Program-made: the position numbers and the translations under genes
The notes under the pieces: model-generated
Database searches by the model: none
Told to the model about the DNA's origin: nothing
The model's input: only the letters and a program-made list of their open reading frames with translations
Shown: positions 1 to 9,460 of the stretch, piece after piece
Numbering within the stretch: position 1 is the stretch's first letter
Layout: each line of letters opens with the position of its first letter
Source: Polyangiales bacterium
Lineage (GTDB): Bacteria; Myxococcota_A; Polyangia; Polyangiales; Houyiibacteriaceae
Direction: 5' to 3'
DNA: 50,153 bases
Assembly: GCA_045106895.1 (NCBI GenBank)
Contig: JBGCFM010000094.1
Span: 1 to 50,153 of the forward strand

Positions 1-528
1 CGCGTGCATCCCCTCCTCAGGGTCCGCCACGGCCATGGTTCCAAGAGTGTCGCCGTGGTAGCCGCCGAGGAAACTAACGAAGCGCGTGCGCCCTGCATGG
101 CCGCGCTGCCGTTGATATGGAATCGCGATCTTCATTGCGACCTCGACGGACACGGAGCCGGACTCCGAGAAGAACACCCGCTCCAGGCTCCCCGGCGTCA
201 GCTCCGCCAAACGACGCGCGAGGCGCAGCGCCGGCTCGTGAACGAGACCCCCGAGCATGACGTGGGGCATCGTCTCGAGCTGCTCCGTAAGCGCCGCGCG
301 AATGTGCGGGTGGTTGTAGCCGTGACACGCCGTCCACCACGAAGCGATGCCATCGATGAGCTCTCGTCCATCGCTGAGCGTGATGCGCGAGCCCTGAGTG
401 CTCGCCACCGGCAGCGGCGTCGCCGTGGTCTTCATCTGCGTGTACGGCAGCCAGATGTGGCGGACATCGTCGTACCAAGCCGGCGCGTCGCGAAGGTTCG
501 GGTTCTCGGGAGAGACGAATCGAGTCAT
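1..528 (-). CDS. bioA: Adenosylmethionine-8-amino-7-oxononanoate aminotransferase (5' part; runs off the window edge)
   Basis: Not in the ORF track; translated by hand from ATG at 528: MTRFVSPENPNLRDAPAWYDDVRHIWLPYTQMK...DGRELIDGIASWWTACHGYNHP...VFFSESGSVSVEVAMKIA...GYHGDT. HIWxPYTQ, SWW and YHGDT are BioA signatures. Confidence 0.95.
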   Translation of the reverse strand, partial: MTRFVSPENPNLRDAPAWYDDVRHIWLPYTQMKTTATPLPVASTQGSRITLSDGRELIDGIASWWTACHGYNHPHIRAALTEQLETMPHVMLGGLVHEPALRLARRLAELTPGSLERVFFSESGSVSVEVAMKIAIPYQRQRGHAGRTRFVSFLGGYHGDTLGTMAVADPEEGMHA

Positions 529-589
529 GTTCCGAAGCGTGCGCCCGCGCGTGCACTCCGTCTAGGCGTCGCTTCAGGAACGAGGCCGA

Positions 590-1519
590 CTATAGACGCC
601 AGGACACGCCGACGGTGGGCGTCAGGTTTTGCGTTCCATGGACGACCCCACTCGCGAGGGATTCCCCGGAGCGCCGGTCGTAGTAGCGCACGCGGTATTG
701 AACGCGGAAGACGACGTCCACGTGAGCGTGCACGGGGACGTAGCCACTGAGCGCTGCGTGCCATGCGATGCGCGGTGACGTTCGAAGCGCGCCGGTCTCT
801 CCAGCCGCGGTGGGAAGGTCGTCGCGGGCGTCATCGCTGCGAACCCCGAGGGCGCCGTAGCCAAACTCGGCGGCGATGCCTTTCCACTGCACACGCAAGA
901 GGGGCCCCATCCAGAACTCACGATAGCTGCCGCCGATGCGACCGCTGATGATCGGCGTTCCGCTCGCGTCGAGCCCCGCGTAGCGCGCCGAAAAACGACT
1001 CCCCATGTCCAGCTGAAAGAAGACGCCAAGGCGGATGTATTTCCAGATGCCGTACGTCGCTGTGAGCGCGAGCCCGAAGGAGCGGTCTTCGACAATGGGC
1101 TCCACGCTAACGCCACCGACTTCGCTCTTCACCTGCTGCTCAAAGGTGGAGTAGGTGAGACCCAGATCGAGGCGCAGACCTTCGCTGACACGCTCCCACG
1201 TGTTGGCTTCGTCGTCGGAGTCCAGCTCCTCGGGCTCCTCAGGCTCCGCTTCGTCAACGGCGCTCGGCGTCGGCGCACTCACCGTCGTGGCCTCGCGTAC
1301 CTGAGGCTCAGGTTCCGCTTCCGGCGCTAGGGGCTCCGCCTCTTGAGAAGGCGCGGTGGAGACCTCGTAGACTCGCTCGTCCACGACCTGATCCGCGACC
1401 ACAGCCGTTTGGCCCTCAGGGGCCGGCTGTGGGTCGGGGGGAACCTCCGCCTCCTGCGCGACGCCCACGCTCAGACCGAGAGCCCAGACGAACGCGCTCA
1501 GGCGAAGCGCTAGTCCCAC
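590..1519 (-). CDS. Secreted protein, probable outer-membrane beta-barrel with an acidic Pro/Glu-rich N-terminal linker
   Basis: Start re-called to GTG 1519 (GGAG upstream, signal-peptide-like VGLALRLSAFVWALGLSVGVA-QE). The C-terminal ~200 aa show alternating amphipathic strands and end TPTVGVSWRL. Confidence 0.65.
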   Translation of the reverse strand: MGLALRLSAFVWALGLSVGVAQEAEVPPDPQPAPEGQTAVVADQVVDERVYEVSTAPSQEAEPLAPEAEPEPQVREATTVSAPTPSAVDEAEPEEPEELDSDDEANTWERVSEGLRLDLGLTYSTFEQQVKSEVGGVSVEPIVEDRSFGLALTATYGIWKYIRLGVFFQLDMGSRFSARYAGLDASGTPIISGRIGGSYREFWMGPLLRVQWKGIAAEFGYGALGVRSDDARDDLPTAAGETGALRTSPRIAWHAALSGYVPVHAHVDVVFRVQYRVRYYDRRSGESLASGVVHGTQNLTPTVGVSWRL

Positions 1520-2832
1520 GCGAGCGTCTCCTCGAAGACGAGGGCCCGACGCGCCTGGCGTGGTCGCGTCGTTCGGCTCAGCACCGGCGAGTAGGAACCG
1601 TAGCCGCGCAGCCGGGGTCGCCGAAACTCCATGTCGTCGCTGGACTCGTCGCTCTCCACGACGAGACTGCAAGCGCCCGAGTTGGGCTCCGTGGGTTCAT
1701 TCGAAACGGAACCGGCACCCCAACCGAGCCAATCGCAGACATCATCGACAATGGCGGCGGCGGCGTCTGGACGGCCGAGGCGACGTGCGGCGTCGGACAT
1801 TTTGCGTCGAGCAGGAAGGTCGCCGAGGACCGTGTCGATGGCCGTGGAGAGGTTCTCCGTAATGTCACTCTGGGGAATACACATGGCAGCTCCGGCGGCT
1901 TCAAAAGCACGCGCGTTCTTGGTTTGATGGTCTTCGGCGGCAAAGGGGTACGGGACGAGAATGGACGGCCGTCCGAGGGCAGAAAGCTCCGCCAGGGTGG
2001 TGGCGCCGGCGCGAGCGATGACGAGCGCCGCGTTGCCGTAGGCGTCGGACATATCGTCGATAAAGGGGACTACTTCGGCATCGATGCCGTGCTGTCCGTA
2101 CGCGTCTCTTACGCTCTCCTCGGAGCCGCGGCCGCATTGGTGGACGACGCGAACGTCGGGGTGGCGGCCCTTCAGGAGCGCGATGGCGGAGGGTACGGAC
2201 TCGTTGAGCGCTTGGGCTCCTTGGGAGCCGCCGATGACGAGAACCGTATTGGCGCGGGCTTCGAAGCCAGCTGGATCCGACGAAGCGCGCTGGGCCAGCG
2301 CGACGAGGTCGGCGCGAACAGGATTGCCCAGAAGACGCGCGCTCGACCCAAAATCTGAAAGAGTCTCCTCGAAGGAGATGTAGGCGCGGCCAACGACCTT
2401 CGCGAGGAGGCGGTTGGTGAGCCCCACGTGCGCGTTCTGTTCGAGGAGCGCCGTGGGAATACCAAGTGTCTTTGCGGCAGCCACGACAGGCCCAGCGGCG
2501 TATCCCCCGACGCCAACAACGAGGTCCGGTGCAAAGTCACGGACGATGCGCCGACCTGCAGCGAGGGCAGTCGGCAATCGCGAAACGCTACGGAGCAGGT
2601 CGACAGGACTCCGGCCCTTCAGAGGAGAGACCTCAAGAAACTCAACGCGCTCGCCGCGTTCCGGCAAGACGCGGGCTTCAATGCCCTTCTTGGTGCCGAC
2701 AAACAGGAGCTCCACTTGTCCGAGACGTCGCCGTAGCTCTTCCGCTACCGCGAGCCCCGGAAACAAGTGGCCGCCTGTGCCCCCTCCCGCGACGATCACA
2801 CGCTTAACGCCCTGCGTGATTTCTCTATCCAT
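1510..2832 (-). CDS. murG: UDP-GlcNAc:lipid I N-acetylglucosaminyltransferase MurG, with a C-terminal extension
   Basis: GGGTGGHLFP, EQN, GNPVR, GGSQGA, RAGATT and HQxxNA motifs; follows ftsW. Confidence 0.97.
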   Translation of the reverse strand: MDREITQGVKRVIVAGGGTGGHLFPGLAVAEELRRRLGQVELLFVGTKKGIEARVLPERGERVEFLEVSPLKGRSPVDLLRSVSRLPTALAAGRRIVRDFAPDLVVGVGGYAAGPVVAAAKTLGIPTALLEQNAHVGLTNRLLAKVVGRAYISFEETLSDFGSSARLLGNPVRADLVALAQRASSDPAGFEARANTVLVIGGSQGAQALNESVPSAIALLKGRHPDVRVVHQCGRGSEESVRDAYGQHGIDAEVVPFIDDMSDAYGNAALVIARAGATTLAELSALGRPSILVPYPFAAEDHQTKNARAFEAAGAAMCIPQSDITENLSTAIDTVLGDLPARRKMSDAARRLGRPDAAAAIVDDVCDWLGWGAGSVSNEPTEPNSGACSLVVESDESSDDMEFRRPRLRGYGSYSPVLSRTTRPRQARRALVFEETLAWD

Positions 2833-4118
2833 TACCTAGCCCTGCCTTCACGAACTTTGATGGAAGCCTCGCCCGGCTTCCGGTTTCTGCGTGGCCTGCG
2901 GCCCTGCGGAACTGGTTGTTTTTCGTCGTCCCCGACGTCGCCCTCCCCGGTCGCCGCCCACTCCACCGGCTGGCGGGGACGCGACACGTTGAGCAGAATT
3001 CCAGCCGCGGCGCAGTTCACCAAAAGTGACGAGCCGCCGTAGCTGATGAACGGAAGCACAAGCCCCTTCGTCGGGACCAAACCCATCGCAACGCTGAGGT
3101 TCGTGAGCGCCTGAATCCCGATGAAGACCGTGATGCCAACGGCCAAGTACGAACCGTAGTCATCCGCAGCGCGGCCCGCGGCGCGTAGGCCGCGGATGAC
3201 GATGAAAACGAAGGCACCGATGAGGAGCAAGATGCCCACGAAACCCAGCTCTTCGCCGATGATGGCGCTGATGAAGTCCGTATGCGCTTCCGGCAAGAAG
3301 AGCAGCTTCTGCCGGCTGTCGCCGATTCCAACGCCCGTCACCCCGCCTGCGCCAAAGCTCATGAACGACTGCGTGATGTGATAGCCGACGTCCTGGCGAT
3401 GCTCGAAAGGGTTCAAGAAGGCTTGAATACGACGCATGCGGTAAGGCGAGAGCAACACGAGGGCCGCCGCCATCGGCGCGAAGATGAGCAGAGTGCCCAC
3501 GAGGTTCTTCAGACGAGCCCCCGCGGTAAAGAGCATCACGAAGGTGAGCGCGCCGATCATGATGGCGCTCCCGAAGTCTGGCTGCTTCAGGCAGAGCAAC
3601 ATCAAGAAGCCCGCCATCAAGACGTGCGGGAGAAAACCGATGGAGAAGCTCGCCATCTGCTCACGCTTCTTCGAGAGGGAGTACGCCAGCCAGAGAATGA
3701 GCATCACCTTGGTAGGTTCCGCTGGCTGAATGTTGAACGGACCGATGGCGATCCAGCGCGCCGCGCCGCCCGCGCTACGACCGAAACCAATGGCCACGAA
3801 CACCAGCATCGCAATGGCGACGAAGAGCCCCGGGTACGTCAGAACGCGGTATCGGTGGTAATCGATGCGCGCGATGGCGAACATCGTCCCCACGCCGGCG
3901 ACGGCAAAGAACGCCTGGCGAACGAGGAAGTGCAACGAGTTGTCGTAGCGCTGAGCTGCGAATACCGCGCTCGCCGAGTAAACCATCACCACGCCGAGAG
4001 CGACGAGCCCGATGAGCGTCGCTGTCATCCACGGGTCCGCGGGACCAAGGACCTTCGGGCGCTTCGATTCGCTGTGTTCTGGTCGAAGCCTCAGCAGCTT
4101 TTGGAGAAGAACCTTCAT
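2832..4118 (-). CDS. ftsW: SEDS peptidoglycan glycosyltransferase FtsW
   Basis: MVYSAS, GAARWI, QPAE, QPDFG, LPEAHTDFI, IGEELG and LPFISYGGSS motifs; dcw context. Confidence 0.97.
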   Translation of the reverse strand: MKVLLQKLLRLRPEHSESKRPKVLGPADPWMTATLIGLVALGVVMVYSASAVFAAQRYDNSLHFLVRQAFFAVAGVGTMFAIARIDYHRYRVLTYPGLFVAIAMLVFVAIGFGRSAGGAARWIAIGPFNIQPAEPTKVMLILWLAYSLSKKREQMASFSIGFLPHVLMAGFLMLLCLKQPDFGSAIMIGALTFVMLFTAGARLKNLVGTLLIFAPMAAALVLLSPYRMRRIQAFLNPFEHRQDVGYHITQSFMSFGAGGVTGVGIGDSRQKLLFLPEAHTDFISAIIGEELGFVGILLLIGAFVFIVIRGLRAAGRAADDYGSYLAVGITVFIGIQALTNLSVAMGLVPTKGLVLPFISYGGSSLLVNCAAAGILLNVSRPRQPVEWAATGEGDVGDDEKQPVPQGRRPRRNRKPGEASIKVREGRAR

Positions 4119-5461
4119 GATGCTTCCTTCAAACCGAGCACGAGCTCCTGAAACACATCGCCCCGAACGGCGAAGTTCTTGAACATGTCGAAGCTGGAGC
4201 AGGCCGGCGCCAAGAGCACCGCGTCGCCGCTGTGCGCAAGCGAGCGAGAGAGCTGAACGGCGTCTTCAAGGCTGTCGACGCGGCGCAGGTCCACCGCGCC
4301 GCGGAGGGCGTCTTCGAATCGTCCAGCCGCCTCGCCAAGGAGCACCACAGCACGTGCGCTCTCCACGGCGTCTCGGAGGAGACTCAGGTCACCGTCCTTG
4401 TCGCGCCCGCCAGCGATGAGCACGATGGGCGTCTCCCCGAGGGAGCGAATCGCTGCGACGGAGGCGCCGACATTCGTTGCCTTCGAATCATCGAAGTAGT
4501 CCACGCCGTCGAGACTGCGGACGAACTGCATACGGTGCGGAAGGCCCGGAAACGCTCGAAGGCCAGCGGCGATGGATTCGGAAGAGAGCCCCGCGAGCCG
4601 GCCGGCGACGGCGGCGGCGCAGGCGTTCTCGGCGTTGTGCTCGCCGCGGATCTTCAGCTCCGACGCAGCGAACGAAAACTCGCCGTCGATGATGACGCCG
4701 TCTTGCACGAACGCGTCTCCGCCGGGACCGAAGGTGGCGAGACTCGCGCCGGAACCATGCGCGTCGAACAAACGACGACACAGCGCGTCGCCGCTAGGAA
4801 TCAGGGCGTGGTCGCCGGCCTTTTGACCGGCGAAAATGCGCCCCTTCGCCGCAGCGTATTCTTCGATGCCTGGGTAACGTTCGAAGTGGTCTTCGGTGAC
4901 GTTGAGGAGAAGCGCGACGTTCGCGCGGAAAGACTCCACGCGTTCGAGCTGAAAGCTGCTGAGCTCGAGAACGACGATGCCCTCGCTGCTCGCGGCGGGC
5001 GTGCCGACGATGTCCGAAAGTGGCGTGCCGAGGTTGCCGCACGCGGCGAACGAGCGCCCATCGGCCTCGCACATGGCTCCCAAGAGCGACACGACGGTGC
5101 TCTTGCCGTTGGTGCCCGTGACCGCGACGATGGGAGCGTCGACAAATCCAGCCGCGACTTCGACTTCACTCACAACGCGAGCGCCCGCAGACTCCGCTCG
5201 GGCAACGGCCTCCAGAGGAGGCACGCCGGGAGAGAGCACAATGAGCGGAACGCCGGCAAAGACAGCGTCTTGATGGCCTCCGAGTGCGAGGGTGACCCCG
5301 AGGGACTCGAGCTCGTCGGCCAAGGGACCAAGCGCCGCACGCTCGCGGTGGTCATTGGCGCGAACGTCAAAGCCGCGCTTGGCCAGGAGACGACAGGCTG
5401 ACGCGCCGCTCTTTCCAAGACCGACGACAACGACGGGCCGTGCTGTGATCGCGACGCTCAT
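4115..5461 (-). CDS. murD: UDP-N-acetylmuramoylalanine--D-glutamate ligase
   Basis: GLGKSG, SPGVP, TGTNGKST, ELSSFQL, DSKATN and PACSSFDMF motifs. Confidence 0.97.
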   Translation of the reverse strand: MSVAITARPVVVVGLGKSGASACRLLAKRGFDVRANDHRERAALGPLADELESLGVTLALGGHQDAVFAGVPLIVLSPGVPPLEAVARAESAGARVVSEVEVAAGFVDAPIVAVTGTNGKSTVVSLLGAMCEADGRSFAACGNLGTPLSDIVGTPAASSEGIVVLELSSFQLERVESFRANVALLLNVTEDHFERYPGIEEYAAAKGRIFAGQKAGDHALIPSGDALCRRLFDAHGSGASLATFGPGGDAFVQDGVIIDGEFSFAASELKIRGEHNAENACAAAVAGRLAGLSSESIAAGLRAFPGLPHRMQFVRSLDGVDYFDDSKATNVGASVAAIRSLGETPIVLIAGGRDKDGDLSLLRDAVESARAVVLLGEAAGRFEDALRGAVDLRRVDSLEDAVQLSRSLAHSGDAVLLAPACSSFDMFKNFAVRGDVFQELVLGLKEAS

Positions 5462-6588
5462 CGCAACTTCAACGTGGCAAGGCTAGCGATGGCCAGCATG
5501 ATGGCGATGATCCAGAAGCGGACGATGACGCGAGGTTCTGGCCACCCCTTCTTCTCGAAGTGGTGATGAATCGGCGCCATCAAAAAGATGCGCTTTCCCG
5601 TCGCCTTGAAGTACCCGACCTGGAGGATGACGCTGACGGCTTCGACAACGAAGATTCCGCCGAGGAGGATGCTGAGGACTTCGTTCTTCGTGAGAACGGC
5701 CAACGCGCCGAGCCCGCCGCCGAGGGCCAAAGAGCCCACATCACCCATGAAGACCTGCGCTGGATAGGTGTTGAACCAGAGGAAACCAAAGCCCGTACCG
5801 ATGACCGCGGCGCAATAGATGCTCAGTTCGCTGGCGCTCTCGAGGTGCGGGATGAAGAGGTACGACGCGATGTCACGCTCAAAGAGGATGACGCCAGCGA
5901 GGTACGCAAGAATCGCGTAAGCCCCGGCGTTGATCATCACTGGACCGATGGCCAGGCCATCCAACCCATCGGTCAGGTTGACGGCGTTTGACGTACCGAC
6001 GATGACCACGGACGCGAAGATCACGTAGAGCCATCGCGGAAGCACGATGGGGTCCGGGTCGTTCTGCACGTACTTGACGAAGGGCAGCGCGAGGTGGTCA
6101 CGAATCGCGATCCAGTCCGCCGGCAGACCACTCTCCCCGTAGAAGAGCCATCCGCAGATCGCGAAACTCATGCCGAACTGAAGAAGCAGTTTGTAGCGAC
6201 CTGCGAGGCCACCGGTGTTCTTTCGGCGAATCTTTGCCGCGTCGTCGATGTAGCCGACAACACCGAAGCAAGCCGTAATGGCCGTCACCACCCACACCAT
6301 GGAGTTGAAGGGGTCCGCCCAGAGCACCGTCGAAACAACGAGGGCAAGGAGCATGAGAGCGCCGCCCATCGTTGGCGTTCCAGCCTTGGAGAAGTGGCTC
6401 TCGGGGCCGTCTTTTCGAACGACCTGGCCCACCTGACGCTTCTGCAGGCGCTTGATGAACCAAGGGTAGAGGCCGAAGGTCAGCATCATCGCCGTCATCG
6501 TTGCGCAGAGGACGCGAAACGGAATGTAGCGAAGAACGTTGAAGACGCTGAAGTCTTCGTGGAGCGGGTACAGCAGGTAGTAGATCAT
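5458..6588 (-). CDS. mraY: Phospho-N-acetylmuramoyl-pentapeptide transferase
   Basis: KAGTPTMGG, NAVNLTDGLDGL, FMGDVGS and APIHHHFE motifs. Confidence 0.98.
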   Translation of the reverse strand: MIYYLLYPLHEDFSVFNVLRYIPFRVLCATMTAMMLTFGLYPWFIKRLQKRQVGQVVRKDGPESHFSKAGTPTMGGALMLLALVVSTVLWADPFNSMVWVVTAITACFGVVGYIDDAAKIRRKNTGGLAGRYKLLLQFGMSFAICGWLFYGESGLPADWIAIRDHLALPFVKYVQNDPDPIVLPRWLYVIFASVVIVGTSNAVNLTDGLDGLAIGPVMINAGAYAILAYLAGVILFERDIASYLFIPHLESASELSIYCAAVIGTGFGFLWFNTYPAQVFMGDVGSLALGGGLGALAVLTKNEVLSILLGGIFVVEAVSVILQVGYFKATGKRIFLMAPIHHHFEKKGWPEPRVIVRFWIIAIMLAIASLATLKLR

Positions 6589-7970
6589 GCCATCCCCCGA
6601 ACACCAAAGGCTTCGAGCACGCGCTCGAGGCGCATCGATCGGGACCCCTTGAGAAGAACGACGTCGCCGGCCTTCGGTTCCGCCGCGCGGACCGCATCGA
6701 TGAGTGCGTCGATGGACGTGTGCGCCGAAGTGTCGATGTTGGCGAAGGCGTCGCCGAAAAGCAGCGTCTGGGCGCCGAGCTCTTGCGCGTGCGCCAAGAC
6801 CTCCACGTGGGAACTCTGGCAGAGCGCTCCGAGTTCGCCCATCTCCCCCATGACGGCGAGAAAGCGGCCTCCCTGTATGGCTGCCATCTCCTGCGCGTCG
6901 TCAAGGGCTGCAACCATCGAGAGCGGGCTCGCGTTGTACGCGTCGTCGATCCAGAGAACGCCGGCGGCCTCCAAGAGGTCCATTCTGCTCGCAGGGGCAG
7001 GCAAGTTCGCGAGCGCGTCCTTCGCCTTCTTCGGCACGAAATGCAGATGACCCTGAGCGCTCAAGGCCAGCGCGACGCCGAGCGCGGCGCTCGCCGCGCC
7101 AAGAGCGCCATGGCCCGCATTCGCAAGCGGCACTTCCAACTGAGCGCCGCGGAAGGCAAACCTTGCATCACGCCGGAACGCGCCGTCTACTTTTGTCAGC
7201 GAAGCCTTCGCCACGGACACGTCGTTGGTTTCGTCCCGGCCAAAGGTGATGACGTCCGCTTCCGTCGCAGCCCTGGCGATGAGCGAGCTGTCTCCATTTA
7301 GGACAGCGTGCTCTCCTTCGTCGAGCATCGCCGCGAGCGTGAGCTTCTCGGTGGCGACGGCTTCAACGCTACCAAGACCTTCTGTGTGGGAAGGTCCGAC
7401 GGCGGTAACGACGCCGACATTGGGAAGTGTGATCGCCGCGAGGGCCTCGATCTCACCCGGCGCGCTCGTGCCGATCTCAAAAACGCCCACGTCCGTCGAC
7501 GCATCAAGCATCAGCACGCTCATCGGGGTCCCGACGAGGTTGTTCAAGTTGCCCTTCGTCGCGCAAACGTTCGCGCCGCACGCCTGGAGAACCGCGTTGC
7601 AGTACTCCTTGGTGGTGGTCTTTCCGACGCTGCCTGTGATGGCAACGACGGGACCGCCCCAGCGCAGCCGGTGGAACTGAGCGAGGCCTCCGAGGGCTTC
7701 CTGGGTGTCGTCGACACGCACGTGCGGACGCGTGAGCCCCAGGTCGCGATCCACGAGGAGAGCCTTCGCCTCCACGTCCGCCGCGTACTTGTGTCCGTCG
7801 AAGCTCTCGCCGCGCAGCGCCACAAAGAGACCTTCGGACTGCGGGTTGCGGGAGTCGAGAAAGACGCCGTGGACGACGAGGCTTGGGTCACCCACAACGG
7901 TTCCGCCGGTCGCCTCGGCGATTTCACCGAGGGTGAAGCGAGCGTGATTGGTTGGAATCGGTGTCGCCAT
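6585..7970 (-). CDS. murF: UDP-N-acetylmuramoyl-tripeptide--D-alanyl-D-alanine ligase
   Basis: ITGSVGKTTTKE, NLNNLVG, DDAYNASP, GEMGELG and KGSR motifs. Confidence 0.97.
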   Translation of the reverse strand: MATPIPTNHARFTLGEIAEATGGTVVGDPSLVVHGVFLDSRNPQSEGLFVALRGESFDGHKYAADVEAKALLVDRDLGLTRPHVRVDDTQEALGGLAQFHRLRWGGPVVAITGSVGKTTTKEYCNAVLQACGANVCATKGNLNNLVGTPMSVLMLDASTDVGVFEIGTSAPGEIEALAAITLPNVGVVTAVGPSHTEGLGSVEAVATEKLTLAAMLDEGEHAVLNGDSSLIARAATEADVITFGRDETNDVSVAKASLTKVDGAFRRDARFAFRGAQLEVPLANAGHGALGAASAALGVALALSAQGHLHFVPKKAKDALANLPAPASRMDLLEAAGVLWIDDAYNASPLSMVAALDDAQEMAAIQGGRFLAVMGEMGELGALCQSSHVEVLAHAQELGAQTLLFGDAFANIDTSAHTSIDALIDAVRAAEPKAGDVVLLKGSRSMRLERVLEAFGVRGMA

Positions 7971-9460
7971 TAGAGGGCGCCTCCGAGCTGGGTGAACGCC
8001 TCGCGCGCCACCGTTCGGTCGTCGAAATCGAAGCGTTCGGTGCCGATCACTTGGTAGTCCTCATGCCCCTTGCCGGCGATAAGAATGCTGTCGCCGGGCT
8101 TCGCCAGGCCCAGGGCCTGAGCGATGGCCGCGCGACGGTCGACGTTCACAAACGCATCGACGTTCAAACGTTTCCCGCCGGACTCGACGCCTGGCACGAT
8201 GGCCTCCACGATGAGCGCCGGATCTTCAGTGCGCGGGTTGTCGCTGGTGACGATGCAGAGGTCGGCGCCGAGGGCGGCCGCTTCGCCCATCAACGGGCGC
8301 TTCTCTTTGTCGCGGTCGCCGCCGCAACCAAACACCACAATGAGGCGGCCCGTCGTTGCCGTCCGTACTGCGGCGAGAACATTGCGAAGCGCGTCCGGCG
8401 TGTGTGCGTAGTCCACGAGAACACGAAAGTCTGAACTCAGCGCGACCTCTTCCAGGCGTCCAGGCGTGCTGACGCCCTCGGCGAGCGCCGCGAGGATGAC
8501 GTCGGCGTCCACATCGCACGAGAGCGCCACCGCAAAGGTGATGAGAAGGTTCTCCAGGTTGTGGGCGCCCACCAACGACGAGCGCAGCGAGTGCTCGCCG
8601 GCCGGCGACGAGAGCGTGGCGCGGATGCCCGAGGCGTCGATGCGCACATTCGTCGCGCGTATCGTCGCGCCCGTCGCGCCCGTCGCGGAGACCGTGACGA
8701 GCTCCTTGTCGAGCTTCGAGAGCCTCTCCGCGAGTGAAGCGCCAAACGCGTCATCGATGTTGATTATGGAGACTCGCGGCGCGAAGTCCGTAAAGAGCTT
8801 CGCCTTGGTCTCGCCGTACTCTTCCATCGACTCGTGGAAATCAAGGTGGTCCTGCGTGAGGTTCGTAAAGGCGGCGATGTCGAAGCGGACGCCGAGAACC
8901 CGACTGAGCGAGAGGCCGTGGCTGGACACCTCCATCACGAGGCGCTCAGCGCCGGCGTCCGCAGCTTCTCGTGCGAAACGAGCAAGGTCGTCGCTCTCCG
9001 GCGTCGTAAAGAAAGTGGAGCGCGAATCGTCGAGGATTCGCTGAGTGACGGTGCCCAAGAGCGCCGTCTTCTTCTTCGCCGCACGCAGCACGCCTTCGAT
9101 GAGAAACGTCGTCGTGGTCTTCCCGTTGGTGCCCGTCACGCCGATGGTACCCAGGGTTTCCGTCGGCTGTCCGTGAACCGCGTGCGCGACATGGGCCATC
9201 GCCTTTCGCGCGTCGCTCACGACGAGCGCCGGGAGGTTCAGATCCTCGGCATGCTCGGCCTCCACGACGACGGCCGAAGCGCCACGTTCGCGGGCCATCG
9301 AGACAAAACGCGCGCCATCACGTCGTTCGCCGGGAAGCGCCGCAAAGAGGTCACCGGGCCCGACGCGACGGGAGTCACGGGACACGTCGCGGATCTCCAC
9401 GTCACCACGACGCTCGACGAAGAGCTCTGCGACGCTAGTTTCGAGTTCGCTCAACCTCAT
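7970..9460 (-). CDS. murE: UDP-N-acetylmuramoyl-L-alanyl-D-glutamate--meso-diaminopimelate ligase
   Basis: TGTNGKTTT, EVSSH, NLTQDHLDFH, DYAHTPD and GKGHE motifs; DNPR indicates mDAP specificity. Confidence 0.97.
   Translation of the reverse strand: MRLSELETSVAELFVERRGDVEIRDVSRDSRRVGPGDLFAALPGERRDGARFVSMARERGASAVVVEAEHAEDLNLPALVVSDARKAMAHVAHAVHGQPTETLGTIGVTGTNGKTTTTFLIEGVLRAAKKKTALLGTVTQRILDDSRSTFFTTPESDDLARFAREAADAGAERLVMEVSSHGLSLSRVLGVRFDIAAFTNLTQDHLDFHESMEEYGETKAKLFTDFAPRVSIINIDDAFGASLAERLSKLDKELVTVSATGATGATIRATNVRIDASGIRATLSSPAGEHSLRSSLVGAHNLENLLITFAVALSCDVDADVILAALAEGVSTPGRLEEVALSSDFRVLVDYAHTPDALRNVLAAVRTATTGRLIVVFGCGGDRDKEKRPLMGEAAALGADLCIVTSDNPRTEDPALIVEAIVPGVESGGKRLNVDAFVNVDRRAAIAQALGLAKPGDSILIAGKGHEDYQVIGTERFDFDDRTVAREAFTQLGGAL

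Noticed and set aside
4..750. 248-aa plus-strand ORF
   Set aside because: Antisense shadow of bioA, which has clear family motifs on the minus strand.
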